Part shown: positions 1-11,787 of the stretch, one piece after another
How positions within the stretch are numbered: position 1 is the stretch's first letter
Layout: every line of letters begins with the position of its first letter
Source: Neovahlkampfia damariscottae
Lineage: Eukaryota
Length of the DNA: 51,558 bases
Assembly (NCBI GenBank): GCA_016618085.1
Contig: JABLTG010000044.1
Location: forward strand, 62,001-113,558
Direction: 5' to 3'
The notes under the pieces: generated by a model
The model's input: the letters and a program-made list of their open reading frames with translations, nothing else
The model's database searches: none
What the model was told of the DNA's origin: nothing
Position numbers and translations under genes: made by a program

Positions 1-3000
1 ACATCAATCAAAAAATCAAAAATTGATCCAAAGAAATTATTTTACATTGAAGCACATGCTACAGGTACACCAGTCGGTGATCCAATTGAAATGAATACAA
101 TTGGATCTGTTTTTGGAATTAACAGAACAGATTCATTGAAAATGGGCTCAGTCAAATCAAATATTGGTCATTGTGAATGCTCAAGTTACATTGCAAGTTT
201 AATTAAAGTTTCAATGATGATGCAAAAAGGATTATTATTACCAAGTATCAATTTTAAAACACCAAACCCAAAAATCAAATTTGAAGAATATAAATTATCA
301 GTTCAAACAGAAGTTGAAAAATTTGATCCAAAAGATAAATTATTCGCTATTTCTTCATTTGGTTTTGGAGGATCAAATATTTGCACACTGTTGGAAGGAT
401 TTGAACAAAAAGTTGAAAGAAAAGAAACTTGGAAATTACAATCAACTCCAAACGTTTATATTGTTAAAGCACAATCAGAAACAGCCCTCAAAGAAAGAGT
501 TAAACTTATGCAAGAAAAATTTGCTTCAGAAGATCAACATAAAACAATGTTCACACTTAATTCATCATATCAAGATATTTATCGTTACATGAGTTTCGGA
601 CTTGGAAAGAATATTAAAGAAGCAAAATTCTCTGAACCAATCAGAACATCAGATGACAACAAACCAATTTGTTTCGTTTTCAGTGGTCAAGGTCCACAAA
701 ATATCAATATGGGAAGAACTTTATATTCAAAATTTCCATGCTTCAAATCTACAATTGATGAATGTGATGCAATTTATGAAAAAGCATCTGGTATTTCATT
801 ACTCAAAGATATTGGTGTTTTTGGTTCAAAAATTGGTCAAGAAAAAGATGTTCAACAAATTCATATTACACTTCCAGCTTTGATATTTTTACAAATTGGA
901 TTATACAAATTATGGATTAATTTTGGATTAAAACCAGATGTCATTATTGGACACAGTTTTGGAGAGATGTGTGCGACTTATGCTTCTGGATCTTGTTCTT
1001 TGGAAGAAGTACTCACTATCACTGCAAAAAGAGCAAAATTAATGTCAAATTTTGATAATTTAGGAACAATGATGGCTGTTGGAATTAGTGCATCAGAAGT
1101 CACAGAAATCATCAAAAAATTGGAAATCAAACAACTTTGGATCGCTGCAATCAATTCACCTGTTTCATGCACTTTAGGAGGAATCGTTGAAAGTGTTCAT
1201 AAGATGGCTAAATTTTGTGATGAAAAGAAAATTTTCAATAGAGTTTTAAGCGTTACAAATGCATATCATACACCATTACTTTCTTCATTAAGAGAAAAAG
1301 CTATAACAGAATTTGAAGGTTCAATTGTTTCTTCAACTGTTCCAAAAGTCAAAGTCATTTCAACTGTCACTGGAGATTTTTGGGAAACAGCTTTTGATGC
1401 TGATTACTTTTGGCAAAATGTTGAAAAAGGAGTTTTGTTTCAACAAGCTATTGAACTTGCAATGAAAACATTTGGAAATGAAACTGTATTTTTGGAAATG
1501 GCTGCTCATCCTGTTCTCTCAATTTCAATGAAACAAACTGGAGCTACAAACATCCTCAGTTCAATGAACAGAAAAGAAGATGAACAAACAACACTTTTCA
1601 AAACAATTGCTCATCTTTCTTCTCAAAAATTTGACTTAAATTGGAAGCAAATCATTGGAGAAGATGAAAAACTTTCAATTCCACCTTATCCATTTCAAAG
1701 AAAAACATGCTTTGCTGAAACTGAACAACACAAAAATTCAAGATTTATTCCAGAAGGAACAACAGGTATTCTCGGAAATTTATCAGACAACTCAAGAAAA
1801 ACTTGGAAAAATTTACTCAACACCAAGACTCATCCATTTTTAAAAGATCATATTGTTCAACAAACTACAATTTTCCCTGGCGCTGGTTATGTTGAACTTG
1901 CTTTAGAAGCACTTGGAAAGAATCTTCAAAATATTCAAATTCTTTCTGCATTGATGATTCCAACAGACTCTTCGTTTGTTGGTGTTGAAGTTACAATTGA
2001 AGATGGTATTGCTTCAATTTTCAGTAAAAAAGAAAATGATAGCAATTGGACTTTACATGCAAAAGCAACTTTGAAAAATAATGCTATTTTAATTGAAGAT
2101 CTAAAATTAAACACTGAAGAAATCTCAAAAAGATGCTCAAAAAAATTGAACAAAGAATCAGTCTACAGAAGATTTGATGTCATGGGATTGTCCTATGGAT
2201 CAAATTTCCAATGTATTGAATCATTAGAACAAGGTGACGAAGAGTCACTCGGATTTTTATCAACAAAACATCTAGATTTAAACAAATGGATTTTACATCC
2301 TTCTGTACTTGATTGTGCATTTCAATGTTTCTTGGGAGCTATTCAAAATTGTGCTAAAACTTATTTACCAATTGGAATTGATGAATTATCAGTTTTTGAA
2401 AAAACACCTGAAGAATTTTTAACTTATTGTGAAATCACAAATTTGACAGAGAAAACAGTTAAAGGAGATATCACTGCAATTGACAAATCAGGAAAATTGC
2501 TGTTTAAAGTTGTAGGATTTACAGCATCTGCAATTCCACAACCAAAATCAAATACAAAAGAAATTAGTTATACACCTCATTGGCAAACAAAAAAACTTCC
2601 TGATGTTGTTTTCAAAAAAGAGAGTATTCCATTGGTCAATCATTTTTTGATAAAATCATTACTCGAAGAAACTCCTAAAATGGAACAAAATATCATAATT
2701 TATTTAGAACAAACACTCAAGTCAATTGATGAATCAAAATTAACTTTAAATGCAAAGAAATATTTCAATTGGTGTAGTGAATTCTTAAAAAAATCAAAAA
2801 GTAAAATTCACTTTTCAGAAGTTTCACCACCAACAACAAGTGAAATTAAAAGAAAAAGTTCAAACCCTATAGAACCAGAAAAAGTTGAAATCAAGAGAAA
2901 AACATCAAATCCAAAAGATGGTCATGAAGTGAAAAGAAATTCAAATGGTGTTCAAGAAATTGCAAGAAAGAATTCAGCAACGAAAGAAAAACCAGTACTT

Positions 3001-6000
3001 AAGGAAACAGAAGATTTCAAATTGGAAAATGAAATGATTAAAAAAATTGGTGATAATTTGAAGAACATCTTAACAATGGATGATGAATCAGTGAATGAGT
3101 TTATTTCATCAGATAATGCATTAGAAAAACTTTTTGAAAATTCCTTAACTTTCAAACCAACTTCAGATGTTATTCTAAATTTATTTCAAAAAACATTGGA
3201 TACATTTGAAGAAACAAGAGTATTTCGTGTTTTACAATTGGCTCATGGATCAACATCACTCACAACACAATTACTTTCAATTTTGAAGAATTACAAGGGA
3301 AGAGTTGAATTCTATTTTGCTGATTCTTCAAAATCATGTGAAGAAGCAGAAAAGAAATTCCAAGAATACTCATTTATTCAATACAAAGTAATTGATGTTC
3401 AAAAATCATTTGAATCACAAGGAATTCCAAGAAGTTCAATTGATATTGTTATTGGTTTCAATACTATTGATTCAACAGTCAAAAACACAAAAATATTGTC
3501 AAATATTTCAAAATCACTTGTTCCAAACGGTTTATTGATTGTTGCTGAACATACAACAAGATCAAATGTGTTAAACTTTGTTTTTGGTGCATTAAATAAT
3601 TGGAGTTTTGAAGGAACAATAGAATCTCAAATAAGTGCATCAGGATTCGAACAAGAAGAAATTTATACAGTTGAGAAACATCTTCATTCAGTTTTTGTAG
3701 CAAGAAGAAAAATGCAAATTGATGATGTTGCTGTTGATTTTACTGTTTTCCAAGATCAAGATCCATTGATGCTTTTGGAATATATCAAAGCAAATCATGT
3801 TGAAAAGAAACCACTTTTGATCATTTCCAAAGGAGCTCAAATCAAAGTAGAATCACCTGAACATGCTTCATTAGTAGGAATGACACGTGTCATTGCAAAT
3901 GAGAACTTAGATTGGAATATCAAAACATTGGATATTTCAAATGACACAAAGAATGTTGAAGAATGGATTGAAAGAGTAAAACAATTTTCAAATGAATTTG
4001 AAGTTGAAAATGCAATTCAAGGAGATAAATTATTAGTTCCAAGATTTTTAGCAATCAAAAAAGAACCAAAAACAAATAGTGAAATCAAAACACCATTTAG
4101 ATTAGAATCAGACAAACCAGGTCTTTTAAATTCACTTATACATCATCAATTTGAATTTCCAACTTTAAAAGAAGATGAAATCATTGCACAAGTAAAATCA
4201 TCAGCATTGAACTTCAAAGATATTATGTTAGCAATGAATATGCTTGATTCATTTGAAATGGATCTTGGTCTTGAATTTTCAGGTGTTATCACTCAAAAAG
4301 GATCAAATGTTAAATATGAAATTGGTGATGAAATATTTGGATTCTCTTCACATTCATTTGCATCACACGTAGTGACAAGTCAATTTTTGATTGTGAAAAA
4401 ACCAAAAAATATTTCATTTGAAGAAGCAGCAAGTATTCCAGCTGTATTTGTGACTCCTTATTTTGCTCTTGTTTATAAAGCTAATGTTCAAGAAGGAGAC
4501 AAAGTTTTAATTCATTCAGCTGCTGGTGGTGTTGGTCAAAGTGCAATTCAACTTGTAAAATGGCTCAAAGGAGATATTTATGCAACAGTTGGTTCTCAAG
4601 AAAAGAGAAATTTCCTTAAAGAAAAATATGGGGTTGAAAGATTTGGAAATTCAAGAACAACTGAATGGGATCAAGAGATTTTATCACATGAACCAAAAGG
4701 AGTTGATGTTGTTTTAAATTCACTCTCCGGAGAAAATATCACCAAAGGAATCAACATTTTATCACCATATGGAAGTTTTATTGAAATTGGAAAACGTGAT
4801 ATTTTAGATAACAACTCAATTGCTTTGAAACCATTCTTACATAATCTTTCATATTACTCAGTTCATTTAGATCAAATGTTTAATCAAAAACCAAAATTGG
4901 TTGGAAAATTATTGAAAGAAATTGCTGATTTGTTTGAACAAAATATTTTGACTCCAATTGTTGATAAAATATTCCCATCATTTGAAATTGTTGAAGCATT
5001 TAGGTATATGCAAAGTGGAAAACATATGGGTAAAATTATGATTAATTATGAAGAGAAAAATTATCCAAAAGAAATTGCAACACAAACCAATTTATTTTCA
5101 GCTGAAAAAACTTATGTTCTAAGTGGTGGTTTAGGAGCTGTTGGATTTGAAATTATGAAATGGATGATTTCGCAAGGAGCCAAATTTTTAGTTTTATTAT
5201 CCAGAAGAGGAAATTTAACAAAATATCAATCAAGAGAATTACAATCATTAAAAGCAAATATCTTCATTTCAAAGACTGATGTTTGTGATGAAACTGATGT
5301 TGTCAAATGCTACAAAGAAATTGAAATGAAAAATTATCCAAAAATTGGAGGTGTTATTCATTTAGCGATGGTTTTAGATGATGATAATATTTTGAAATTG
5401 ACAAAAGAAAGATTCTCTAATGTTTATGAACCTAAAGTTCAAGGAGCAAAAAATTTAATGAAACCTTTAAATCCAAAAGATTTAGATTTCGTTTTGTTTT
5501 TCAGTTCAATTTCTTCAATCATTGGAAATCCAGAACAAAGTAATTATGCAGCTGCAAATTGTTTCTTAGATAATTATGCTCATCATTTATCAACTCTAGG
5601 ATTTCCTGCTTATGCTTTAAATTTAGGTGCTGTTGATGATGTTGGTGTTATTGCAAATGATTTTCAATTGAGAAAGATTATGAAATTGAGAGGAATTTCA
5701 AATGAAAATTTAACAGTTCAAGAAATTTTCAAAATTATAGATTCCATTCTCAGAAGCAAAACTGTTCAACATCTTCCTTCACTTGACTTAATTTCATTAT
5801 GTAAAAATTATCCATTGATGGCTCAAAAATGTGGTCATCTTGTTGAAAGAGTTTATGTCAAAGTTGGAAATGAAAATAAACAAGAATTGAATGTTGAAGC
5901 TTTGAAAGTATTGATTGGTGGTCTTCTTCAAGTTGAACCAAGTGATATCAATGAAAAAGAGAAATTAACAACATATGGAGTTGATTCACTTTTGGCTGTT

Positions 6001-6096
6001 GAAATATCATCATTACTTGATACTAAATTTGATATCAAAGTTTCCCAAATGGATATTTTAAGTGGAGCTTCTGTGGCTTCTTTAATTAAAAAATAA
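1..6096 (+). CDS. Highly reducing iterative type I polyketide synthase (KS-AT-DH-pseudoMT-ER-KR-ACP), 5'-truncated by window edge
   Basis: Frame is open from base 1. Motifs: KS 'YIEAHATGTPVGDPIE', 'GSVKSNIGH', 'SSFGFGGSN'; AT 'FSGQGPQ', 'GHSFG', 'AYH'; DH 'DHIVQQTTIFPG'; degenerate MT 'RVLQLAHGSTS'; ER 'LIHSAAGGVG'; KR 'SGGLGAVG', 'LDD', 'NYAAAN'; ACP 'GVDSL'. No TE or reductase domain before the TAA at 6094-6096. No introns in the visible part. Confidence 0.96.
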   Translation, partial: TSIKKSKIDPKKLFYIEAHATGTPVGDPIEMNTIGSVFGINRTDSLKMGSVKSNIGHCECSSYIASLIKVSMMMQKGLLLPSINFKTPNPKIKFEEYKLSVQTEVEKFDPKDKLFAISSFGFGGSNICTLLEGFEQKVERKETWKLQSTPNVYIVKAQSETALKERVKLMQEKFASEDQHKTMFTLNSSYQDIYRYMSFGLGKNIKEAKFSEPIRTSDDNKPICFVFSGQGPQNINMGRTLYSKFPCFKSTIDECDAIYEKASGISLLKDIGVFGSKIGQEKDVQQIHITLPALIFLQIGLYKLWINFGLKPDVIIGHSFGEMCATYASGSCSLEEVLTITAKRAKLMSNFDNLGTMMAVGISASEVTEIIKKLEIKQLWIAAINSPVSCTLGGIVESVHKMAKFCDEKKIFNRVLSVTNAYHTPLLSSLREKAITEFEGSIVSSTVPKVKVISTVTGDFWETAFDADYFWQNVEKGVLFQQAIELAMKTFGNETVFLEMAAHPVLSISMKQTGATNILSSMNRKEDEQTTLFKTIAHLSSQKFDLNWKQIIGEDEKLSIPPYPFQRKTCFAETEQHKNSRFIPEGTTGILGNLSDNSRKTWKNLLNTKTHPFLKDHIVQQTTIFPGAGYVELALEALGKNLQNIQILSALMIPTDSSFVGVEVTIEDGIASIFSKKENDSNWTLHAKATLKNNAILIEDLKLNTEEISKRCSKKLNKESVYRRFDVMGLSYGSNFQCIESLEQGDEESLGFLSTKHLDLNKWILHPSVLDCAFQCFLGAIQNCAKTYLPIGIDELSVFEKTPEEFLTYCEITNLTEKTVKGDITAIDKSGKLLFKVVGFTASAIPQPKSNTKEISYTPHWQTKKLPDVVFKKESIPLVNHFLIKSLLEETPKMEQNIIIYLEQTLKSIDESKLTLNAKKYFNWCSEFLKKSKSKIHFSEVSPPTTSEIKRKSSNPIEPEKVEIKRKTSNPKDGHEVKRNSNGVQEIARKNSATKEKPVLKETEDFKLENEMIKKIGDNLKNILTMDDESVNEFISSDNALEKLFENSLTFKPTSDVILNLFQKTLDTFEETRVFRVLQLAHGSTSLTTQLLSILKNYKGRVEFYFADSSKSCEEAEKKFQEYSFIQYKVIDVQKSFESQGIPRSSIDIVIGFNTIDSTVKNTKILSNISKSLVPNGLLIVAEHTTRSNVLNFVFGALNNWSFEGTIESQISASGFEQEEIYTVEKHLHSVFVARRKMQIDDVAVDFTVFQDQDPLMLLEYIKANHVEKKPLLIISKGAQIKVESPEHASLVGMTRVIANENLDWNIKTLDISNDTKNVEEWIERVKQFSNEFEVENAIQGDKLLVPRFLAIKKEPKTNSEIKTPFRLESDKPGLLNSLIHHQFEFPTLKEDEIIAQVKSSALNFKDIMLAMNMLDSFEMDLGLEFSGVITQKGSNVKYEIGDEIFGFSSHSFASHVVTSQFLIVKKPKNISFEEAASIPAVFVTPYFALVYKANVQEGDKVLIHSAAGGVGQSAIQLVKWLKGDIYATVGSQEKRNFLKEKYGVERFGNSRTTEWDQEILSHEPKGVDVVLNSLSGENITKGINILSPYGSFIEIGKRDILDNNSIALKPFLHNLSYYSVHLDQMFNQKPKLVGKLLKEIADLFEQNILTPIVDKIFPSFEIVEAFRYMQSGKHMGKIMINYEEKNYPKEIATQTNLFSAEKTYVLSGGLGAVGFEIMKWMISQGAKFLVLLSRRGNLTKYQSRELQSLKANIFISKTDVCDETDVVKCYKEIEMKNYPKIGGVIHLAMVLDDDNILKLTKERFSNVYEPKVQGAKNLMKPLNPKDLDFVLFFSSISSIIGNPEQSNYAAANCFLDNYAHHLSTLGFPAYALNLGAVDDVGVIANDFQLRKIMKLRGISNENLTVQEIFKIIDSILRSKTVQHLPSLDLISLCKNYPLMAQKCGHLVERVYVKVGNENKQELNVEALKVLIGGLLQVEPSDINEKEKLTTYGVDSLLAVEISSLLDTKFDIKVSQMDILSGASVASLIKK

Positions 6097-6099
6097 AAT

Positions 6100-9000
6100 T
6101 TATTTCGTGAATTGTTTCACTAAAGAGGAAATTTCTTCTGGTGATTCAAATGACATTACTTTTAAGAAATTCTTCATTTTATCTTCGTTGACCAATTTTT
6201 CCAAAAGTTTCATTTGATTTTCTTTTGTCAAAGCATCAATTTCTTTTTCGATAACTGAATCCAAATTTAAAGGAATAATTTTTCCATCTTTGTCAATTTG
6301 AATTTCACCAGCCCATGAATCAGGAAAATTATAATTTTCGTAAGTTGAGGAAACATTATCAAGATATTTTGATGTAAAATCATATTCTTTCAATTGGGAG
6401 AAAATTTCCTTTGCTTGATGGAATTTTCTTGATTCGAATAAATGAAGTGCTTTTTTGAAATCTTCATGTTTTGTGTTTTGATCATTTAACATTTGAAAGA
6501 GCGAAATTGGATTCTTTTTCCCTTTTAAAAGGTATTTTCCAATAAATCTGCTTTTGAAATTTAATTTTGAGCCCACCAATAAATCTTCAGTCACAACAAA
6601 AGTTGCTCCTAATGTTTTGGTTAAACTTTCAACTCTTGAAGCAGTATTAACAGTGTCAGAAATAACAGTAGCATCAATTCTTTCGTTATCACCAATGGTT
6701 CCAACCATTACATCGCCATAATGAATTCCAACTCCAATAGAAACTTTTGATTGATCTTTTCTGCATTCTATATTGTATTGTTTTAACGCTTCCAACATTT
6801 CAAAACCACATTTTATACTGTCATCAATTGCATTTGGAAATAATGCCATAATACAATCACCAAAGAATTTATCAATGAATCCATTGTTTTTAGAAATGAC
6901 AGGTGCCAAATAAGATAATATTCCATTGACAAATGAAAATGATTCTTCAGGATTCATATTTTCTGTTAAATCTGTAAAGTTACGAATATCTGAAAACATG
7001 ACACTCATATTTTTTGTTGCAGCATCTCCTCTTTTGATATTTCTGACATCTCCTTTTCCAAGTTGATCAAGAAATTGTTTTGGAAGAAATCTTTCGTATG
7101 ATTTATTCAAACTGTTCATTTCATCATAAAGAGTTGCATTTTCGTAAGAAATTGATAATTGAGATCCAATGTGTTCTAATATAACCTTTCTATTGTTATT
7201 AAAAATGCCTTCCAATGATTTGTTTTCCATATAAATCAAACCAACAAGTTCGTTCTTTTTTAAGATTGGATGAATAAATAATGACTTAATTCCATTCTTT
7301 TTGATGTAAGAATTTTCTGAATACTCTGATTGTCTTGCATTGTTTAAGATGATTTGTTTTTTCATTGCAATTGAAATATCAACCAATGCACTACAGTATT
7401 GATCATATTCTTTTAAATTTTGATCCATTTCTTTAAGATTTCCTTTTTTGTTGATTGAAGAAGTAACTTTGAATTCTTTTCCTTTTTTCAAAATGATCAA
7501 AACATTTTCAGCTCCAGTGTTTTCTTTAATGATGAAAAGTACTTTTTTGATCAAATTTGAAGTCGTTAATTCAACAGATAATGCTTGAGATGCTTTAATG
7601 ATGCTCATCATATCCAACGAATCAGAGCCCATTTCTTCAAAACTTGAAGTTGAAGATGAATTTGATGATGAGGTTGTTAGATCAGATGACGATGTATTAT
7701 GTTTTCTTGAAGCAATAAGATTGAACTTTGAATATTTTTTTTTCAATTTTGAAACTTTAGAAGCAGCTGCCATGGATTCCCAAATTGAAATTAATTTCTC
7801 AAAATAGTATTGACAAATAGCAGGAAGGAAATTTTTTTCAATACAATAATCTAACATGAGTTCATTAATAACTGCTGAAACAATTGGTAATCCATACTTT
7901 TGAGCTGATTCTGATGATTTGTTGAATAAATTTAACACAGATAATGTATCTGCATTTTGTTTAAAGGATTCACTAACTGCGCAAAGTAATTGATACATTG
8001 GGCCATAGTAGAAAGGTGATATAACATTATAACTCTTGAACAATTCAACAAAGGATTCAAATTTTGTTAAATGGATTTGTTCTCCTGTTTTTTTATAGAA
8101 ATGTGCACAGCATAAGGCATGGTAGCATTGTGAAGCATAATAACCACAATGACCGATAGTTTCTACCAATCTTGGTTCTCTTTCATCCAATAAACCTTTA
8201 GCTTTTTCGATTTCACCATTATGATATGCAACCATTGCTTCCATGAATATGAAAAATGAACCAGCCCAATTTGCTTCTTTAATACCTTCAAGAAGGTATT
8301 TTGGGTTGAATTTACGAATTCCAGCAAGATCTTGTGCAAAATGCAAATCACATTCCAACAAATCACGGACGAATATATTTCCAATTTTCTTGCAAAAAGA
8401 TTGATACACTTCAAGTTTTGAAATAACATTAAAGAAATTCTCTCCATTTGTTACAGCACGCATTCCCCAATTATTCATATTATAACATCCAAAAACATAT
8501 TCTCCATGAGCAATTGCGTAATTACTACCAGTACTGAAATGATACAAACCTTGTTTGAATGTTCCTCCAAAAATTTGATTAATGCCTATTGTAAAACGAA
8601 CTAAAGCTTCATTAAAATTTGGATTTTTAGTTTTTTCCAAAAGTTTTTCAGCCAAGTTTGTCAATTGATAACCCATAGGATCTTGAAAAAAAGAACAAAT
8701 CATCCAACCAGAAATCCCAAAACTGACTGGTGCATTCTCAGTTAATCCTTCAGTTAAATGTAAATAAAGTGAAATCAATGAAACAGTAACAGGCATTAAA
8801 GGGTTAGTTTTTCCACTTACAAAAATTGTATCAAGACTTTCTGTTAAAAGAATACTAAATGCAGCCATTTCTTTATCATTACATTGTTTGATTTTTTCAA
8901 TTCCTTTTACTCCTCCAATTTGAACCAATTCAACATCAATTTTCTTTTTAAAATCATAAATCCATTCTTTATAAGCAACTGGATCATTTAAAGGAATATC

Positions 9001-11661
9001 TTTTGTCAAAGTGAATAATTGGAAAGCGTTCATTAAGAGATCATATGAACGATCAAACTGAAATGATAACACAGACATTTTCATATAATCCTTGTAAACA
9101 CTGAACTTTTCAACATTGCTATTTGAATTTTCAAGTAGAATTTGATATAATTTTTCAGATTCTGAAATACGAGTTGCTCCAAAACATGACTCAGCATGAG
9201 TTACATGAGCTCTTCTTGCAAGTGAATAATCTGAACTCCAAACATCTTCAGTTAATGCTTCCATTGCTATTTCTGAAAAATTCACAGCTGCACTGAATGC
9301 ACTGTTTTTCAATGATTTTTTTGAAGCGATCAAGTTCAAATTGATCAAAGTTATTTGATCTTCAAAAAGATCTTTCGCAATATTCAAATGATTTACAACA
9401 TCAAATATTCCGTTCTCTAATTCCTCTGAATCTTTTAATTTATTTAAAAGTGTAGTTCCAATGACTAAATGCATGTTTTTTCTTTCTTTTTCTTCTGCAA
9501 TTTCATAAGCTGCTTGTCTTAACCTGTCATGGAAAAATTTATATCGGTCTGAGTCGATTTGAATGATCCAACCATCTTGAAGTGGTTCAATGAGAGTAGC
9601 TTGTACAGAAGTTTTTTCATCCCAAATCCAATGCAATTCAGTCAATTTGAAAGTATCTCCAAAATAAGCTGCTTTGTTTAAAAAATTTTGCATCATTTTT
9701 GGTGTTTTCAATAAGTTTTCAATCATGAAATCAATGACATTTGAGCTGAAGTTCATTTTTTTAATTGAATCTAAATCGTAAATCCACTCTTTTTCTTCAA
9801 GTTTGATTAATTCTTCTTCATAGAGAGTATTAAGAAATTCTCTTGAAAAAAATGGATTTCCATTTGTTTTTAAGTGAATTAATCGACTCAATTCTATTGT
9901 TTCTGATTCTTTTTGTCCTAAAGTATCTGCTACCATTTGATTCAAATATTCAAGATTCAAAGATTGAATGTTGATGATTTTCAAATTTTGGAATTCTTTC
10001 AATAGGATTGAAAGTTGATGTCCTGAGTCTACTTCATTATCACGATATGCACCAAGTACAAATATCTTTGGATCATTCTTTTGAAGGATTTTATTCAACA
10101 GAACTTTTGAAAATTTAAAAATAAATAAAAATTACCAAATGAAGCGGAATCTGCCCATTGAAGATCATCAATAGCAATGATTAATGTATTATCTCCTGTG
10201 AAACAATTGAAAAATGAAAATAATGTTTCGAATAATCTTTTTTGAGTCTCTTCACTTCTATCAAGAGAAACTGGTACTTTTTGTTCTCCTAACAAAACTT
10301 TCAATTCAGGAACAAGTTGTGAAATGAGACCTGCATTTTCTTTTAATTCAAGTTTCATAATGTTTTTTAAATTTTCTTTATACTCGTCTTCTTCAGATAA
10401 AACTCTGAGAATCAATGATTTGACAACACTAAAAATAGCAATTTAAAAAATGAATTTGAAAATCGAACTTTATGAATGCGAAATATGGTGTTGTACGATT
10501 AAATTGATCAAATTTACCATAACTAATGGTTACATTCATTTCTGGACGTTTTATCAATTCTTCGATTAATCTAAAATTTAACATAAGAAATTTGAAATTT
10601 CATACTTTGATTTTCCAGAACCTGAATACCCAGAAATTAAACACATTCTTGTATCAGTTGAATCTGATTGAATAACATCACAAAGTAATTTAAGTTCTTC
10701 TTCTCTTCCATAACTAAATTTTTTTTAGTGTTTTTTTTTTTCTGTTACATGTTATTTGGTATTTGAAATTGTTTTAAATCATCTTTTCCTGGTTCAAAAT
10801 CTTCTTCCAATGAGTCTAATTTTTTTAAAATGAATTCTAAATCTCTAAGGACACCATAAGCTGAAGAGTATCTATCAGTTGGACTTTTTTGACACATTTT
10901 TTGAATAACAACATTAATGGCATTTGGAGCTTCCAAAATGAACGGAACTTTTTTTGTAATTTGAGAATGAACCACTGATAATTTATCTCCTTTGAATGGA
11001 ACAGTTCCCGTTAACATTTCATAAAATGTGATTCCTAATGAGTAAATATCGCTTCTGAGATCCATATTTTTTGAAATTCTTGATGTTGCTTCAGGACTTC
11101 AAAAGATGTTAAAAAAATTTTTTTTCATTTTTTTTACCTCATGTAAAAGTATGTTCCTGTTGGTGAAGAGCATGAAATTGAAGGTGCTTTGTTTGAAACA
11201 ATAACACTTAAACCGAAATCAATGAGTTTTACTTCTTCTTCACGTCCAAGAATAAAATTAGCAAGTTTAATGTCTCTGTGGAGAATTTGTGAAGAATGAC
11301 ATTCATTAAGAGCTTTAGTCATGGAAATTGCAAGTTTTAAGAACTCTTCTGTGCCCAAAGTGTTGTTTTTCAAATAATTTGACAAACTGTCACCGTCTTG
11401 TTCTTCTACTAAAAATACTGAACCATTTTCTTGTTCCACCATTTCAATCATGTTTATGAAATGTTTTGGAAATTTTTGGTGTAAAGTTTGAGTTGTGTGA
11501 AAATCCTTTTTGAAAGATTCAACAACACGAAGTGAAGGAAAAGCATTTGCTGGCTTCTTAATGAGCAACGCTTTGTTGTCTGAATTCCTGGTGGCTTTTG
11601 TGATGACGGTATTTGAAGAAGAAAATAACACTTCAGTCCTTGAATAATCTACTTTGTTCAT
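6100..11661 (-). CDS. Ser/Thr kinase - STAND/AAA ATPase - TPR-like - GAF - class III adenylate cyclase (6 exons)
   Basis: ATG at 11661. GT-AG introns at 11097-11137, 10714-10748, 10571-10605, 10429-10468 and 10104-10135 join the ORF pieces in frame. Motifs: kinase HRDIKLANF, DFG, GTYFYMSPE; Walker A GYSGSGKS; Walker B IIAIDDLQWAD; TNGNPFF; FFHDRLRQAAY; GAF; cyclase MFSDIRNFT, IDKFFGDCIMALF, DATVISDTVNTASRVE. Confidence 0.93.
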
Positions 11662-11787
11662 GATGGAGATGATTGGCTGACGAATCAAATTAGGAAACTG
11701 TATTATAGAAATGGATGTGTGGGAAAAAATGGAAAACTGACATATTAAGTAATTCCAAACACCAAAAAAAAATAAAGTGTTTGCCAT

